DNA of 64,000 nucleotides, taken from positions 372,001 to 436,000 of the forward strand of contig JAHLTZ010000021.1 in NCBI GenBank assembly GCA_025786725.1, given 5' to 3'. Origin of the DNA: Syncephalis fuscata S228. Lineage: Eukaryota; Fungi; Zoopagomycota. Below the pieces are notes generated by a model. That model did not search any database. It was not told the DNA's origin and was given only the letters and a program-made list of their open reading frames with translations. This document shows, piece by piece, positions 49,183-62,011 of the stretch. A program made the position numbers and the translations under genes. The stretch's first letter is position 1; each line of letters starts with the position of its first letter.

Positions 49183-50340
49183 TTATTGATAATAAAACTG
49201 CCATCGCCATAAAGCAATGACCAATGATTGAGTTTCCTCATTACAAAGTAATGCAAGTCTAAGTGTTGTCTTATTTGTTTTCCGCAATCCTAATGCGCCA
49301 CGGATCATTTCCAACTCTTTAACTGTTAATATTTCGCCAAAATCAAATATTGGTGAATTTCCTGCCTCAAATCGCTTATTGGTTATTGGTCTAACTGTTG
49401 ATGTCGCAGGAATGATTAAATAGCCATTGTAATGACGCGTTACCGGTAATTTCGATTCCGTAGTAAACACTTCATTTACACTGTCGAATACTGCAGTCGG
49501 TGCTGGATAGAAAAGACACGGATTCGGCTGGTTGACCACTTGCTTGCCAATCGTTATAGCTGAATTAGCATCTTTATCGTCTTTGATGGCTTGTGTCGAT
49601 TTACGTAAACGCATTTGGTGAATAATACATGCTTGTACAAGACGCCGCATTTCAAGCGCAACATCTCGAGCAAGTAACGAGCCAACAAACTCGGCCATAT
49701 CTGAACGAATAAAAGCATCAACATTAATACGCCCCTGTACACCTATAGATATCCACTTTAATTAATATATAGTATTTCTACTGCAGTCCACATTATAATT
49801 ACTTTTCTCTTTTAACATATCAATGGCGGCATGACGACCGGTGAGCCAGTAGCCAACACCGCGACGACGTGCCTGACCACCTAGCCCATCGGGTACAAAC
49901 CATACATGCTCAGTTTCTGGATCAATTACTTTGACAAATCGTATCATTAATTCTATTTGCGTATATCGGTGTCTTGATTAAGCTGCCATAAACATTATTT
50001 ATTCTTTACTTACTGTACGGCTGCATTCGTCGCGAGAACAAGCATAAACGCAATGGAGATTTAAGTATACTTACTATTATTGATAATTACTATTATAGTA
50101 CTACATTGTGCCTACTAACGTGTACTTACCAAGTGGATTCAAAGCCATGTCTTGTTCAACTGCCGTCAAAGCTTCTGGTGATTTAGTTGACAGTAATGGC
50201 GGATGCCTATTCTTATAGCCCTGTTTACGATAGTAGTGAATGCCTGACCCATAACGACATTGTACGCCGCCACTCCTTGGAAATAATTGCCAAGGACGTG
50301 TTATCGTTGCAGCTATTCTACACGCCCAGTTTAACGTCAT
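49183..50340 (-). CDS. Putative mitochondrial protein, Rrg8-like, 4 exons
   Basis: Arg-rich presequence-like N-terminus; spliced motif NPLVSILKSPLRLCLFSRRMQPYKLMIRF...DPETEHVWFVPDGL resembles fungal Rrg8-type NP.A..LASP.R.C; C-terminal LVIALWRWQFY. Confidence 0.5.
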
Positions 50341-50388
50341 GAATTGCAATACAATAAAACAAAATAAAAAGAAGAGAAAATGTATTTA

Positions 50389-52457
50389 TTACGCCTTAAC
50401 ACGTGCGATCCATTCTTCACTGCGCACCAAAGCATCGATAATCACTTGAGAGCGATGTCCAGTAATAGGATGTAGTTCGCGTGAACGTTCCTCGGCCAAC
50501 ACCATGGCAATCTAGTTAGATTTGATTAGCATATCCTAATCAATCAATATATATATATATATACGCATATTACCTCTTGTGATGTTGCCTTTGTCGTGTC
50601 AGCTTGACGCAATACAGATTGTGCCAGATTATAGATTGCATTATCCCACTCGGTGCCCAAGTGTTTCTCAAGATTTGGATCTGGTGTAGCATAGCCAGCT
50701 GCTTCATCAGCACAATGAACAATGCCCTGAATATAGAGTTTAGATAAACTATATACACTATTATAGTATTATATATATCTTACCATACGATTGACCAAGA
50801 AATCTAATAATAACAATGGATTAATTACATGCTATATTACAAACAACACAACAACTACTTACCAGGGACATAACAAATACCGTACTTTTGCATCAATGGC
50901 GCATCTTCTTCCAAATGAGCCAACTGATTATTGGCCGCACCACATACAATTGAAGCACGTATTTTAGGAATTGTGACAGCAGATAGAATACCACCAGTAG
51001 CACATGGACAAACAGCATCGCATTCTGTAGATCGATATAAACATTACTACTCAGTAGGACTATTATAACGAATGGCTTACCCATAAATAGAATATCCATA
51101 TTACCACGTTCTACATGCTGGTAAGCGACTCGATCGCCATTAGGTAGTTGGCGTGTATGCTGGGCAGCAATCTCAAGTCTCACAGCATCAACATCAGCCA
51201 CGGTAATTTTACTGACATTCTTGGCTAGTAGAAACTCAACGAGCGGTAGACCAACATGACCAGCACCCTAATAGCATTGCATTAGTAACTATATATCATT
51301 AAATATAGTCCTTTCATTTACCTGAATGGCAATAGAACTTCCTGCTAATGATTTACCCAAATGATCAAAAGCTGCTTCCAATCCACGCACAACACCACGT
51401 GCCTATAACAGTTATTCTATTAGCACCATTTACTCTATAACAATTATAACAGCAACTTGCCGTGGGTACACTTGGATTGCCACTACCGCCTAATTCAGTT
51501 GGAATACACGTGGTAAATCGTGTTTTGGAGAAAATGGCTGCCATATCTTGCACTGTACAATCCTACGATTAATACACAGTACTAAATAGTATTATACCAA
51601 ATAATATTACCATTGGTGCCAACATCTTCAGCTGTAACATAGCAGCCCTTTAATGCACTAATAAACATACTAAGTTTAATACTTGATATCAATCAATTCA
51701 ACTACCTCATAAATGTGCCATATTCCTCATAAACTAAACGACGGGCTTCCGATGATGCTCCGTATTCTCTATAAATTTCTGTATTAGATAGCAGCTCATT
51801 CATTAGTTATCTTGCTTACAGGCCATGCCCAGTATTGCGTGCCATGACACCTTTACCGCCACCCCACCATATTTGGGCCAATGCATTCTATATCATAACT
51901 TTAGTACCAATGATATCATTGTAGTTTAACTGTATAAATACCTTGTGGGTCATGCCTTTAGCCAAGCGAAGTCCATCCCGGAACCAGTCTTCAACCGTAT
52001 CATACGACCAGTTACGTACCTAATTGTAACATATTTGTATAACCATATATTTATTAAATAATAAGTCAGTTTGACTACTGTTACTTACACCACCTGCGGC
52101 CGGCCCACGACACGTACGATGAACGAACGCACCCTAGTAACTATTAATATTGCTGCAGTCATAACGGCAACCATCATAGTTGGTTGGTTACTTGGCCACG
52201 AGTCCACTTACTTGGAGTACACCACTTTTTGGGCCAATTTGCGCAAAGACACCTTCATGTCCATTAAAATCAGTTGATTCTTGCGCGAAAAAGTCGGCCA
52301 ATGGCTGTAGAAATGGATGCGAGGCGACAAAGCGACGACGCTCGTCCTTCTCGCTCGCTTCAAGTACGCAATGGAACGTGCTGATATTAAAGCTGCGTAG
52401 CTGCGCAATAAAGTCTTCAAGCGACAAAAGAAGCACGTTGGGCTTTGGAATAGTCAT
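50389..52457 (-). CDS. Glu/Leu/Phe/Val dehydrogenase, leucine-dehydrogenase-like, multi-exon
   Basis: HRTCRGPAAGGVR, DGLRLAKGMTHKNALA, WGGGKG, YVTAEDVGT, GGSGNPSVPTARGV, Rossmann QGAGHVG, CATGGIL, IVCGAANNQL, YVPDFLVNRMG. Confidence 0.85.
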
Positions 52458-52729
52458 AGTGAGCTATTAAATGGTACAAGTTTACCGTACTTGAAAGGCG
52501 AGACGAACGAAAGAAAGGCGACAAACGCCAACGTCGACACTTGTGTATCTACTCGTCTATATATCCAATTACACTCTCTTTGAGAATGTGGGGCAATAAT
52601 GCCATGGTGACAAATACGATCATTCGTGTAACCAACAGATTGGTATTTACAGCAATTTTATTATTAAAAGTTTACTCAATTTCAATTAATTAATTAACTA
52701 ATATGTTAGCTTATTGCTTAAGTAGCTAA

Positions 52730-55700
52730 TTAGAATTGAGGTGCTGGCGTGGGAATACGTTCACTAATATCAATCGATGATATATCTTGTACATCTATGG
52801 GTGGCCATGTGTCTGTAGACTTGCTTAATGGTGGCTGTGGAAATAGTACTGAATTAAGTGCAGATAGCGGTTCAGTCGGCATTGTATCCAAGGATAGCAT
52901 GCGTTCGAGCCATTGTTCATAGTTGGCCAGTTGATCAGGATGCTCAAGTAAAAGTGCGTCATCTTCTTCAAGCCATAATTCCTCATCGAATGCGGCAATT
53001 AGTGCATCGATATCTGCTAGATCCACAGCTGTATCGGCGGATTTTGTTTTTGTTTTAATAGATGAAATAAATGTGTGTTCATTGTAGAAACTGGACAGTG
53101 TACGTAGTGCATGTTCTTGATTCTAATGGTTTAATAAAATTATTATCATGTTATTATATTAGTGCCATCTAGCAATTAACCACTTACTACTGCTTCTTCG
53201 TTCTCCAGCTCTTGTTCACCACCGATTAGCCAGTCATCGCGCAAATCTTGTCGGCAATGCAAATAAATACCAGTAATAACTCGCATATTGGCTATTCGGT
53301 TTAGTTAAGTGACGTATAATACTAAATCGGTACTGATACTTACCCACGGTACATCGCCACTTTCTACCGGCATACGGTACAAATGTCTTGCATACCTTGT
53401 AAGCATAGTGCTGGATAAGTGAGTGCTGTACTTTAAGTACACGCTTTAATACAGCTGGAGCTTTATACTGTAGCATCAGTAATATACGATGGGCACGTCG
53501 TTTGGCCAATGACTGTAGAATACGTAGGAAATTCATTACCGTGAAACAATTGCGCCAACAAGCACGGCACTGACTTGCTTCAGTAGGCAACGGTGGTTCC
53601 ACTGAAACAGTTGGCTTAATCTTGACCCGTCGTGTACAATGGCTCATAAAACTACCAATAAATAAATATAACTGCATTTATATAATAACAATTGATTACT
53701 TACCAGTACGAGTCAATTTCATTTTGAGCCCTGCACAATGCAACGGCGTCTTGTTGTCCAAGTAGTTTTAGAGATAATGGTAAGAAATTATGCTCCACTA
53801 ATAGCTGACTAATATGCTCGTGCTGTAAAGCATCTATAAATTACATATGATGTAAGCGCTATTTCATATTTTATCTAATATATCAATAAAGGATACGTGA
53901 TGCTTTGAACAGTTTAAGCATAAGAAGTAAAATAGCTGACACGGCTTTCCACATAATTTCTTTGTGTCGAGCAGCATCCAATTCTTCCGTATTAACTATA
54001 TTTTACAATTAATACAGCTGTAATTATATAATCTATACTATTTACCTTGTCGTATTGACTCATTGTCAACGCTATTCTGCTTACTAGAAGCATTTTTACC
54101 ATTAGGTAGAGTGGCAATCATTACTTTGGAAAAAAACATAATTGCTGGCTCGAATCGAGTCAATGCTAATCTCTATTCAATGGATTAATAACAGCTACAA
54201 CTATACACTTATTACCTACATAAAACGTAGAAATACGGCGTTCACGTTCGGCCAAATGATCAGGCAGTGATTTCGATACATCTTCCAAGTTTAAATGAGA
54301 ATTACTCGCTGATAAAGGTACAACGGCCGGTAAATTGCGTTCTACGCGATCCATAGCCGCAGCAGTCTCGGCTATTTGTAAGGCCGACAATGGCACATAT
54401 AAGCATGACTTGTATACCTTTTCTGCCTCAGACAGTGCTTCCGGTAATATTGATTGTCGTAAAGTCGTTGGATCGCCGTCGTTATCCAATCCTTCCGATG
54501 TATAAGGCATAATAAGTGGCATATTAGGCTCATGGGCCGATGAAGATGGCATAGGGAATCTTTCTGATCGATCCCGTATGGGTTTCAATAGCGATGAGGC
54601 TGGACCAGTAGATGAGGCTGTCATAGCCAGTGCATATCTTGTTCTATCAGACATTGTCTCATCTTGCGCAAGTACCGGGTATTTAAGCGATAATTCCTCG
54701 TAAAAGTATTGAAGATCATAAGGATACGCTTTGGGCTTATCTATTTGTTATAATGTTTATTTATTAGTCATCTATTATCAATATTACCAACACTACTTAC
54801 ATGGATCAGTAACTATTGGTAAATCATAAAGTTGACGTTTTGCATCTCTTATTTCATGGGCAATCTCCCAATCACCTAATGTGACAAGTATTACTTTCCA
54901 TAAAGTTAACAGTAACTAAACAGTATCAACTGCCTATTAATAATTTTATTGATATTATTACAACACTATAACATACCTTTTTAACTGGAAATCCTTTAAC
55001 ACTTCTTTCCATTAAACGAGCTACTGTATCAACTAGAACAGCGGCTAATTCAGGTCCATTTTTGGCTAATATATATATATATCAATTAATATCATATATA
55101 TCATATACATAGTTATGATTACTCACCCATAGCATCATAGATCAGTGTAGTTGAATGGGTACGTAATGATTCCACGAGCATATAAATCAATGTAAGATAT
55201 AACTCAATTTCAATACAAATACGTTCTGCGCCAATAACAACCGTTGCTGTTGCCGTTGGCATTTCTCTAATTTAATATAATAAGCCATCTATACTATTAA
55301 TATCAATATTCTACTCTTACCGCGCATCTTGCAACATTTGCCGAGCATATTCAAATGCATCAATATAGATTTGTAATGCATCTCGACTAAGTAACAAACG
55401 ATTGTTCTCGACTAATGCCGTCAATTGCTGGTCACTAGATCGACATTCATGCCAGGCACCCTGTGCAATATAGACAAGTTTACGGGCCGAATTCATACGT
55501 ACACCTGGTGTAGAATCAGACAAAGCGGCCAACATAGTGTCTATGGTTTTGATACGCTCTTCATCAGATAATTCATTCCACTTTGCCGCTATAATAAATA
55601 GTCCGTATTAATATTAATCAATTAAACATATGTATTGTATTGTATTGTATTACTATCCATCTTACCTTTACGGCTCTTGGTAGATCGATTTTTACATCGC

Positions 55701-56139
55701 ATCTCGTCTTCTTGATCCTCTGATTCTTCATCGCCACTTTCTCCACTACGCTCTTTATCTTTATAATCACGGGCAAATAGTTGATAATTCTCATGCCATT
55801 GACGGCTTTCAGCATAGCTGTAAAACTCGTTTAGTTCTTGGACTGTCGTATCGGCACCAGTATATGTAAAATTCAGATTAGGTGGCTAGCATTAGTATAT
55901 TCATAGTATAATAGTAAATATTAGCTTCTACGTAATAACCGTACTACACTACTTATTACCTTTGGTTTGCCAGGCATTTGTCGGATGAGCTGTTGAAGTA
56001 GCTCTAGTCCAATAGGTCCACCTGCACTAGAAGATGACGGTGGTGGTGACGACGACGACGACGAAGAGGGCAAAGAAGACGACGGCGATGACGACGCCGA
56101 TGACTCTAGAGATTCCTCGCCTGAACTTTCCATCGGCAT
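52730..56139 (-). CDS. FAR11: STRIPAK subunit Far11/STRIP1 (N1221 + DUF3402), multi-exon
   Basis: ELNEFYSYAE, SARKLVYIAQGAW, GFPVKKLLLTLWKVILVTLG, RHKEIMWKAVSAILLLMLKLFKASH, CWRNCFTVMNFLRILQ, YKAPAVLKRVLKV, VPYAGRKWR. Confidence 0.9.
53834..53896 (-). other. Candidate U12-type (minor) GT-AG intron in FAR11
   Basis: Minus-strand donor GTATCCTTT at 53896-53888. Removal restores FKASH|ALQHEHISQLL. Branch point is degenerate (GCGCTTAC). Confidence 0.65.
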
Positions 56140-56297
56140 AGTGCAATAGCAGAATAATAAAGTATTGGCGCTTGTTGTAGCGTGGTACAGAGAGTAGAAA
56201 AGATATATTTAATGAAAAGAAAGACCGTTTTTCTTTAAATTAGACTTTTTTGTAAACCAGTTCAGTTTATTATTAGCTTTGTACAGATTTGTTTCTA

Positions 56298-58708
56298 ATG
56301 AATGTTGATGTCACCACCACAACAATATCCTCTAATGCAAGCATGGCAACAGAATCTATAGTTCAGGTAATTGAATCTATAGCAGAACGCGAGTCTATTA
56401 GAATTTCAGACGATGAGGATTGGACACAGCCTGAGACCGATGAAGAAACGATTAGTGAATCTGTAATCTCGGACAGTACTGCGTTCATAAATACTACGAC
56501 AAACAATGTATCTGACGAGGAAGCAGAGGCATTCCAGCGTTTAGATACGAATCCGGTAGAGTTGGTGAATCTACCGCGTAAACGACCTCGGTTAGAGGAA
56601 AGTGAGAATGACGACGAGACTATGCAATGCAGCATTTGCTTTGACTCGTGGACACAATTGGGATCACATCGCGTTGTATCGCTAATTTGTGGTCATTTAT
56701 TTGGTGACAGGTAAATAATAGAATAGTTGGTATTAATTAACTAATTAGTTAATTAATGACCATAATCATAGTTGTATTCGAAAGTGGCTATCGGATAAAG
56801 ATCGATCAAAAGCCGCGCGTGGTAAATGTCCCCAGTGCAAGTAAGTAATTATCAGTTCGATATATGATATATATATTTATGTATATTAGTATATCAATTT
56901 ATTAATTACAATGTATTTGTTTAGTCGACGAAATAAACGATCTGACATTCGACCCATTTGGATGCAGCGTGCTATAGCAATTGATAATGCTGAAGTGATT
57001 GAGGCGCAGAGAGAAGCAGCTGAAGAGCGAGAACTGCGCTTATACATTGAAACAGAACGAGCCCGATTACAATCAGCCTATAAAATGGCAATGGTTAGTT
57101 GAATAGTATATTGGTAATGTTGTAAACATTCTAAGTTTGCTATAGAGTGATTTAGAAAAAGCACAAAAAGAAATTAACGAATTGAAAGCAAAAGTGGCAA
57201 CGTAAGTAAGAATAGTAGTAGTAGTAATAATAATAATATAAATTATAATAATATATATGTATAGATTAAATGAAGGAGTATATTCAACAACTATAAGTTC
57301 ATTACGAACAGATTCATTAAGACACGATGGACTATCAAGGGAGCCATCAATTGACTCAAGTATTCGTGTACAATGTACCCATGAGCATTCTATTCCGTTA
57401 TGTGAGGTATACATATATATAATAGGTGTATTGCAAGCTAAATATTATTCAGGCGGGATCATTACGGGCTCTTGCAATGCAATCCAGTTCTAATATGGCA
57501 TATGTAGGATGTCAAATGGATACGACACTTACTACTGAACAAATAAGTGCCAATTTTGGTATTGTACGTCTTCAATTGGATACAATGGCTCGAGATCAAC
57601 TGGCCTGTCATAAACAGCCTATTCGTGATCTAGCTACACATCCTATTGATAATCTAATAATGAGTATTAGTATGGATCGTACTATGAAACTATCTTCGTT
57701 TGATACGAATACTACATCAGTACAGACGTAAGAAAAAGCATACTGGTATATATGTATGCATATATATAGTATCTAATGATAATATATTACTATTTAGATT
57801 TGATTTGGGTTTACCAGGCTGGTCATGTGGATGGCATCCATCTAATCCTATTTATGTGGCAGCTGGTCTTGCCAATGGTACCATTTTATTATTTGATCGT
57901 CGACGGGTTCAATCGCCAATAGAGCGATTAAATGGCAAAGACTGGTTAGGTACAAAGCCAGTACATTCGCTTGCATTTCTTGAACCAACAACATCGGGTC
58001 TACAATTGGTGGCGGCTAGTTTTGATAAAGCACTTAGCTGGTCATGGGAGGCTCTACAATCTAAAACAGTTACGGAAGGGTCGCAACAATATGTATTTTA
58101 TAACGCACCGCCAGGTTAGCGACTCATATAATGATACAGGTGATGTTAGTATTAACACTAATGGCTATATAGGTGCTTCATGCTACGATATGAGCTTATT
58201 TTGTTCAGAAACTGATGACATGCGTGGTTTATTTTCTCACCGAATTAGTCAGCCCGCCTCGTCGCTCTTCAGTATAGGTGCCATTACTGCCACAACTGCA
58301 GATACATCAACCAACAGTGAAATAACTAGGGATTTTAATTTAAAGTTTAATGAAGAGCAAAATTATACGCTTCCTTGTTTGCAGAAAACACTAACACGCA
58401 ATACAATTGTATCTTTATCCGATACAACGCAAGGGAATAGTAAAAATGTACTTATTGCATGTATGGGTAGGGATAATGATCATTCAGTAAGTTAATTATT
58501 GTATTTGTTGCGTAGTAATAACTGTAAATCACAGATAAGATTTTTAGATCTATCCAATCGGAAATTGTTATCTCAAGCAACGCTGACATCATTAAATGGT
58601 TCATCAATTCTATCGATTCGACATCAGCACTATCAAGGACAGGATCGACTGGCAGTAATGACAAATACCCATTTGCATACATATCAAATGAATTTATCTT
58701 CCTTCTAA
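56298..58708 (+). CDS. RFWD3: RING-WD40 E3 ubiquitin ligase RFWD3-like, multi-exon
   Basis: Acidic N-terminus; RING CSICFDSWTQLGSHRVVSLICGHLFGDSCIRKWL...KCPQCN...DIRPIW; coiled coil; WD40 (HKQPIRDL, SMDRTMKL, GWSCGWHP...AGLANGTILLFDRR). Confidence 0.85.
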
Positions 58709-59079
58709 TGTAGTATAATGTAAATTGTTATCAAAGTGTTATGTTGTATTATTATTATTATTGCCATAATTGAGTATAGCGTGATCAAACAAGTTTTTTT
58801 GTCACTGACAAATTTGAATGAACCATGGTAATAAGTTGAAATTACAACTAAATCTAATACATTTCTATTAATTTAATTTAGTAATTTGTCAAAGCTACCA
58901 ATGTTTGCAAGTAGAAAAAGCTGTTTTTATCTAATAAAATAAATTACCATTTCCCTATATGGTAATACCAATCAAGTGATTAAATGACGTATTATGGTGC
59001 ATCTTTCCACGTATCCCACCATTGTATCTTTTTTTATCGTTGTCTACGTCTCGTCTACCGACATTTGTTGTATTTCACA

Positions 59080-61237
59080 ATGAGTCAGGCAGTCGACCAA
59101 GTACCTTTGCTGCAAGAACGGGCTGTTCATAGTGAACAAGACATAACAACTGATATTTTCTCGCAACATACGCTTGAACTTATTCGGGCCGTGTGTCAAA
59201 TTATACCAGAAAGCGAGGAGGCTACTGTTTCTGCCGCTGCTATCTCTGACCTTGCAAACAAAGCACTGCAAATTATATCATTGCGCAGTCACAGAAATAA
59301 CCAAGAAAATGGCGGCGCTGTAAGCGACACAGCTCATTCGCTTTTACGTGCGGCAGCTCGTTGCGCTACTCGGGCACGCGAAGACACGTTTCGTCGATCG
59401 ATTTGGCAGGTACGCCAGCATGTTTGCGTGAAAGCCGCGCTTGAATCGCTATTTCGACTGGCAAATCAGCGCAGCGAACTTGACTATAACTCAATGGCTC
59501 AAATAAGCGGTATTGACGACGACATTACCGATAGAATGCTAATTTATGCCAACGGCCTACTTGTGCCACATTTATCAAATGGTTATTCAGGTAGGCTAAA
59601 TATAGTATAAAGTTGGATTTATTGTTCACTAGTTAAATAGTGTTGGATTTTGCGCTAAGCACTGGATTGGATGAAGTTTTACAAAACCAGCACGTACAAT
59701 GTTGCATTGAGGTAGCTATATAGCAATGGCTAGTAAAATAACCAATTTATACAACATTGGTACTATTAGGCACTTTGGCACGGAGATATTGTCCCAATTT
59801 GGCCTTTATTCAGTAATCAGAGTAGAGAAAAGCCAGCTTTTTTTCTTGAACGTGCCAATGAAGAGCCCAAATCTCGGGTATACAGCACTAATCAAATAGT
59901 TTCTGCGGGACAGCGTGCTATTGGCTTTTTTGAAGGCTTACTTCGCCCAGAACGGGCACTTGCTCCAATGTAAGAGTTATAGAAATAACAGCCATCCAAT
60001 CATTGACACATTTATTAGATATTTCGGTATGTTATCAGCATTAGGATATGTCGGTTACGCTTGTTTGTATATATATCTTTTATTTGCTACCGACTATCGT
60101 TGGGGCAATTGGTCACTGGTGGAGCTTGTCATTTATGGATGGTCGTTTTTGTATACAATCGAGATGGCAGGCAAGGTAGAATTGATATAGCTTTATTAAA
60201 TAGCTAGGCATTGATATATAGCCATACAATAGATACGACGCCAGCGACTACGCTACTTTCACCGTGTTAAGCATTGGTGCGAATTGATGACCCACGGCAT
60301 GCTAATGCTATCTATGGTATTACGCTGGTGGGCCATGCACACGTCGAGTCGGGAACGTAGTTATTACTATGCTCAATGGGCTTCTTTATCATTTTCTGCT
60401 GTAGCACTACCGCTATCACTTCGTACACTTGCCGCATTCGACTGGTCTGCCACAGGGTCTGGCGGGTTAGCCCGTGTTTTCCGTATGATTGACCGTGTGG
60501 CCCATGAAATAGCTTGGACCGTATTTACCACGGCTATTGTTCTTGTTGGCTTGGCTATAAGCATAACTGGTATGAACGGTGACACATCTCTTTACACGAC
60601 ACTAGCACACGTTATTCAAGGCGCACTTTTGTAAGTATGGATATGATTAATTTTTTATAACATTATACTAATCAGTAATCAATGTAGCGATAGTTTTCAA
60701 TTTCTTGAAATTGATGCACTCGATCCAGTCCTTGCTCCTTGGTTCTATCGTGCGGTGCTCATTCTAGTCTGGCTTATTCTTGGTAACCTTATTATAGCCA
60801 TCAATGTGTCCGTCTACCAAATACACGCCCAACCGAGTATGCAGACCATTCCCCGTATGGAACGACTAGCTGCAGGCACTCTACGATCTCTTTGTGCACC
60901 AGCCCGGCATGCCTTCCCTGTTCCGTGGCTACTCATTGTCATTGTATTTGTTTGGCCAGTTGAAAATGCCATAAGATTATTTTATCGCATTCGTTATCGC
61001 ACCGGTGCAATTGCTCTTCCCGAGACTAGCAGCAACGATAATGATGACAACGCCAATGCTACATCTGTCGTCATAGAGAATAATACAATTGCACGACGCA
61101 AGCATAATTCGTCCAATTGGCGTCTTGCCATATGGTGGATGACACTTGGTTGGCTTACTCTATTGATCGACATGCTAGTGCGTGCAGCCGAATGGCTTCA
61201 TCGCGATATCTTACTGCCACCTAAGCCACGGTGGTAA
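59080..61237 (+). CDS. Divergent TRP/Yvc1-like cation channel, multi-exon
   Basis: SVLDFAL...LQNQHVQCCIEALWHGDI pre-S1 motif; six-TM pattern (VELVIYGWSFLYTIE; LPLSLRTL; LILVWLILGNLIIAINVSVY); post-S6 FPVPWLL. Confidence 0.6.
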
Positions 61238-61414
61238 CCGTATCGGCAATGGCTATCACACAGTAATAATAATAAACTGGTCTAATTAGCTTATTAATCT
61301 TTATTTACATTTTTCCTATAATTAAATAACATTTTATTGTGATGTATATAGAACATAACACTTTGCTTTAATATTACATAATTTAATAAAATGCAATACT
61401 ATTTACTTAAAAAT

Positions 61415-62011
61415 TCAAAGAAATGGCGCGTGCTTAAACTGTAGACCGGTAGTTATAGCCAAAAATACCCAGTCAATTAACAGTCACGAACACAGGCACT
61501 GACTACAGTATCAACTCAGAAAAAGCTTCTTAATAATAAAGATGTCAGTGCAATACCGCTTAGTCACAATTGGCTACAGATCAAGAAAAAGTATTAATGC
61601 GTGAAATTTCCAAGTAGTGGAAGAAAGTAATAAAGGCAAATTGACGGAGAGGTAATAACATATATAACCAAAACAGTCATCGTACTGGCTGCTATGCATG
61701 TACAGTAATAACAATACTAACAGCGTATTCTATACTGCTACGTTGTATGTGCACAACAGCCTACACGACAAATTTAGTGGCCATACACTGCCAAAACCAT
61801 CATAGATTTTGGTTTGCAATGACGATCTATACTAAACAAAGCATACAATGGATTTTTCATAGCATATACTCAACATAGCATAAAAACAGCCTAGAAATGC
61901 ACTTGCCGTGTCAAAGAAAGTGCCAATACCAATGATCGGAGTAATGAAGGTCAGATTACAAAAGAGCAATGCAAGTACATAGTGTAAATAGTATTTGTAC
62001 TTGATTAGTAA
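61415..62011 (-). pseudogene. Possible relic of a multi-TM membrane protein gene
   Basis: One minus frame reads as ~195 hydrophobic codons (HYVLALLFCNLTFITPIIGIG...LSCRLL...LILFLDL...LLIDWVFLAI) with only 5 stops (3 TAG, 2 TGA) in AT-rich DNA. Confidence 0.3.

Noticed and set aside
54717-54728. GTATCCTTA on the FAR11 strand, resembling a third U12 donor
   Set aside because: It falls inside an exon reading through as KPKAYPYDLQYFYEELSLKYP; no intron is needed.
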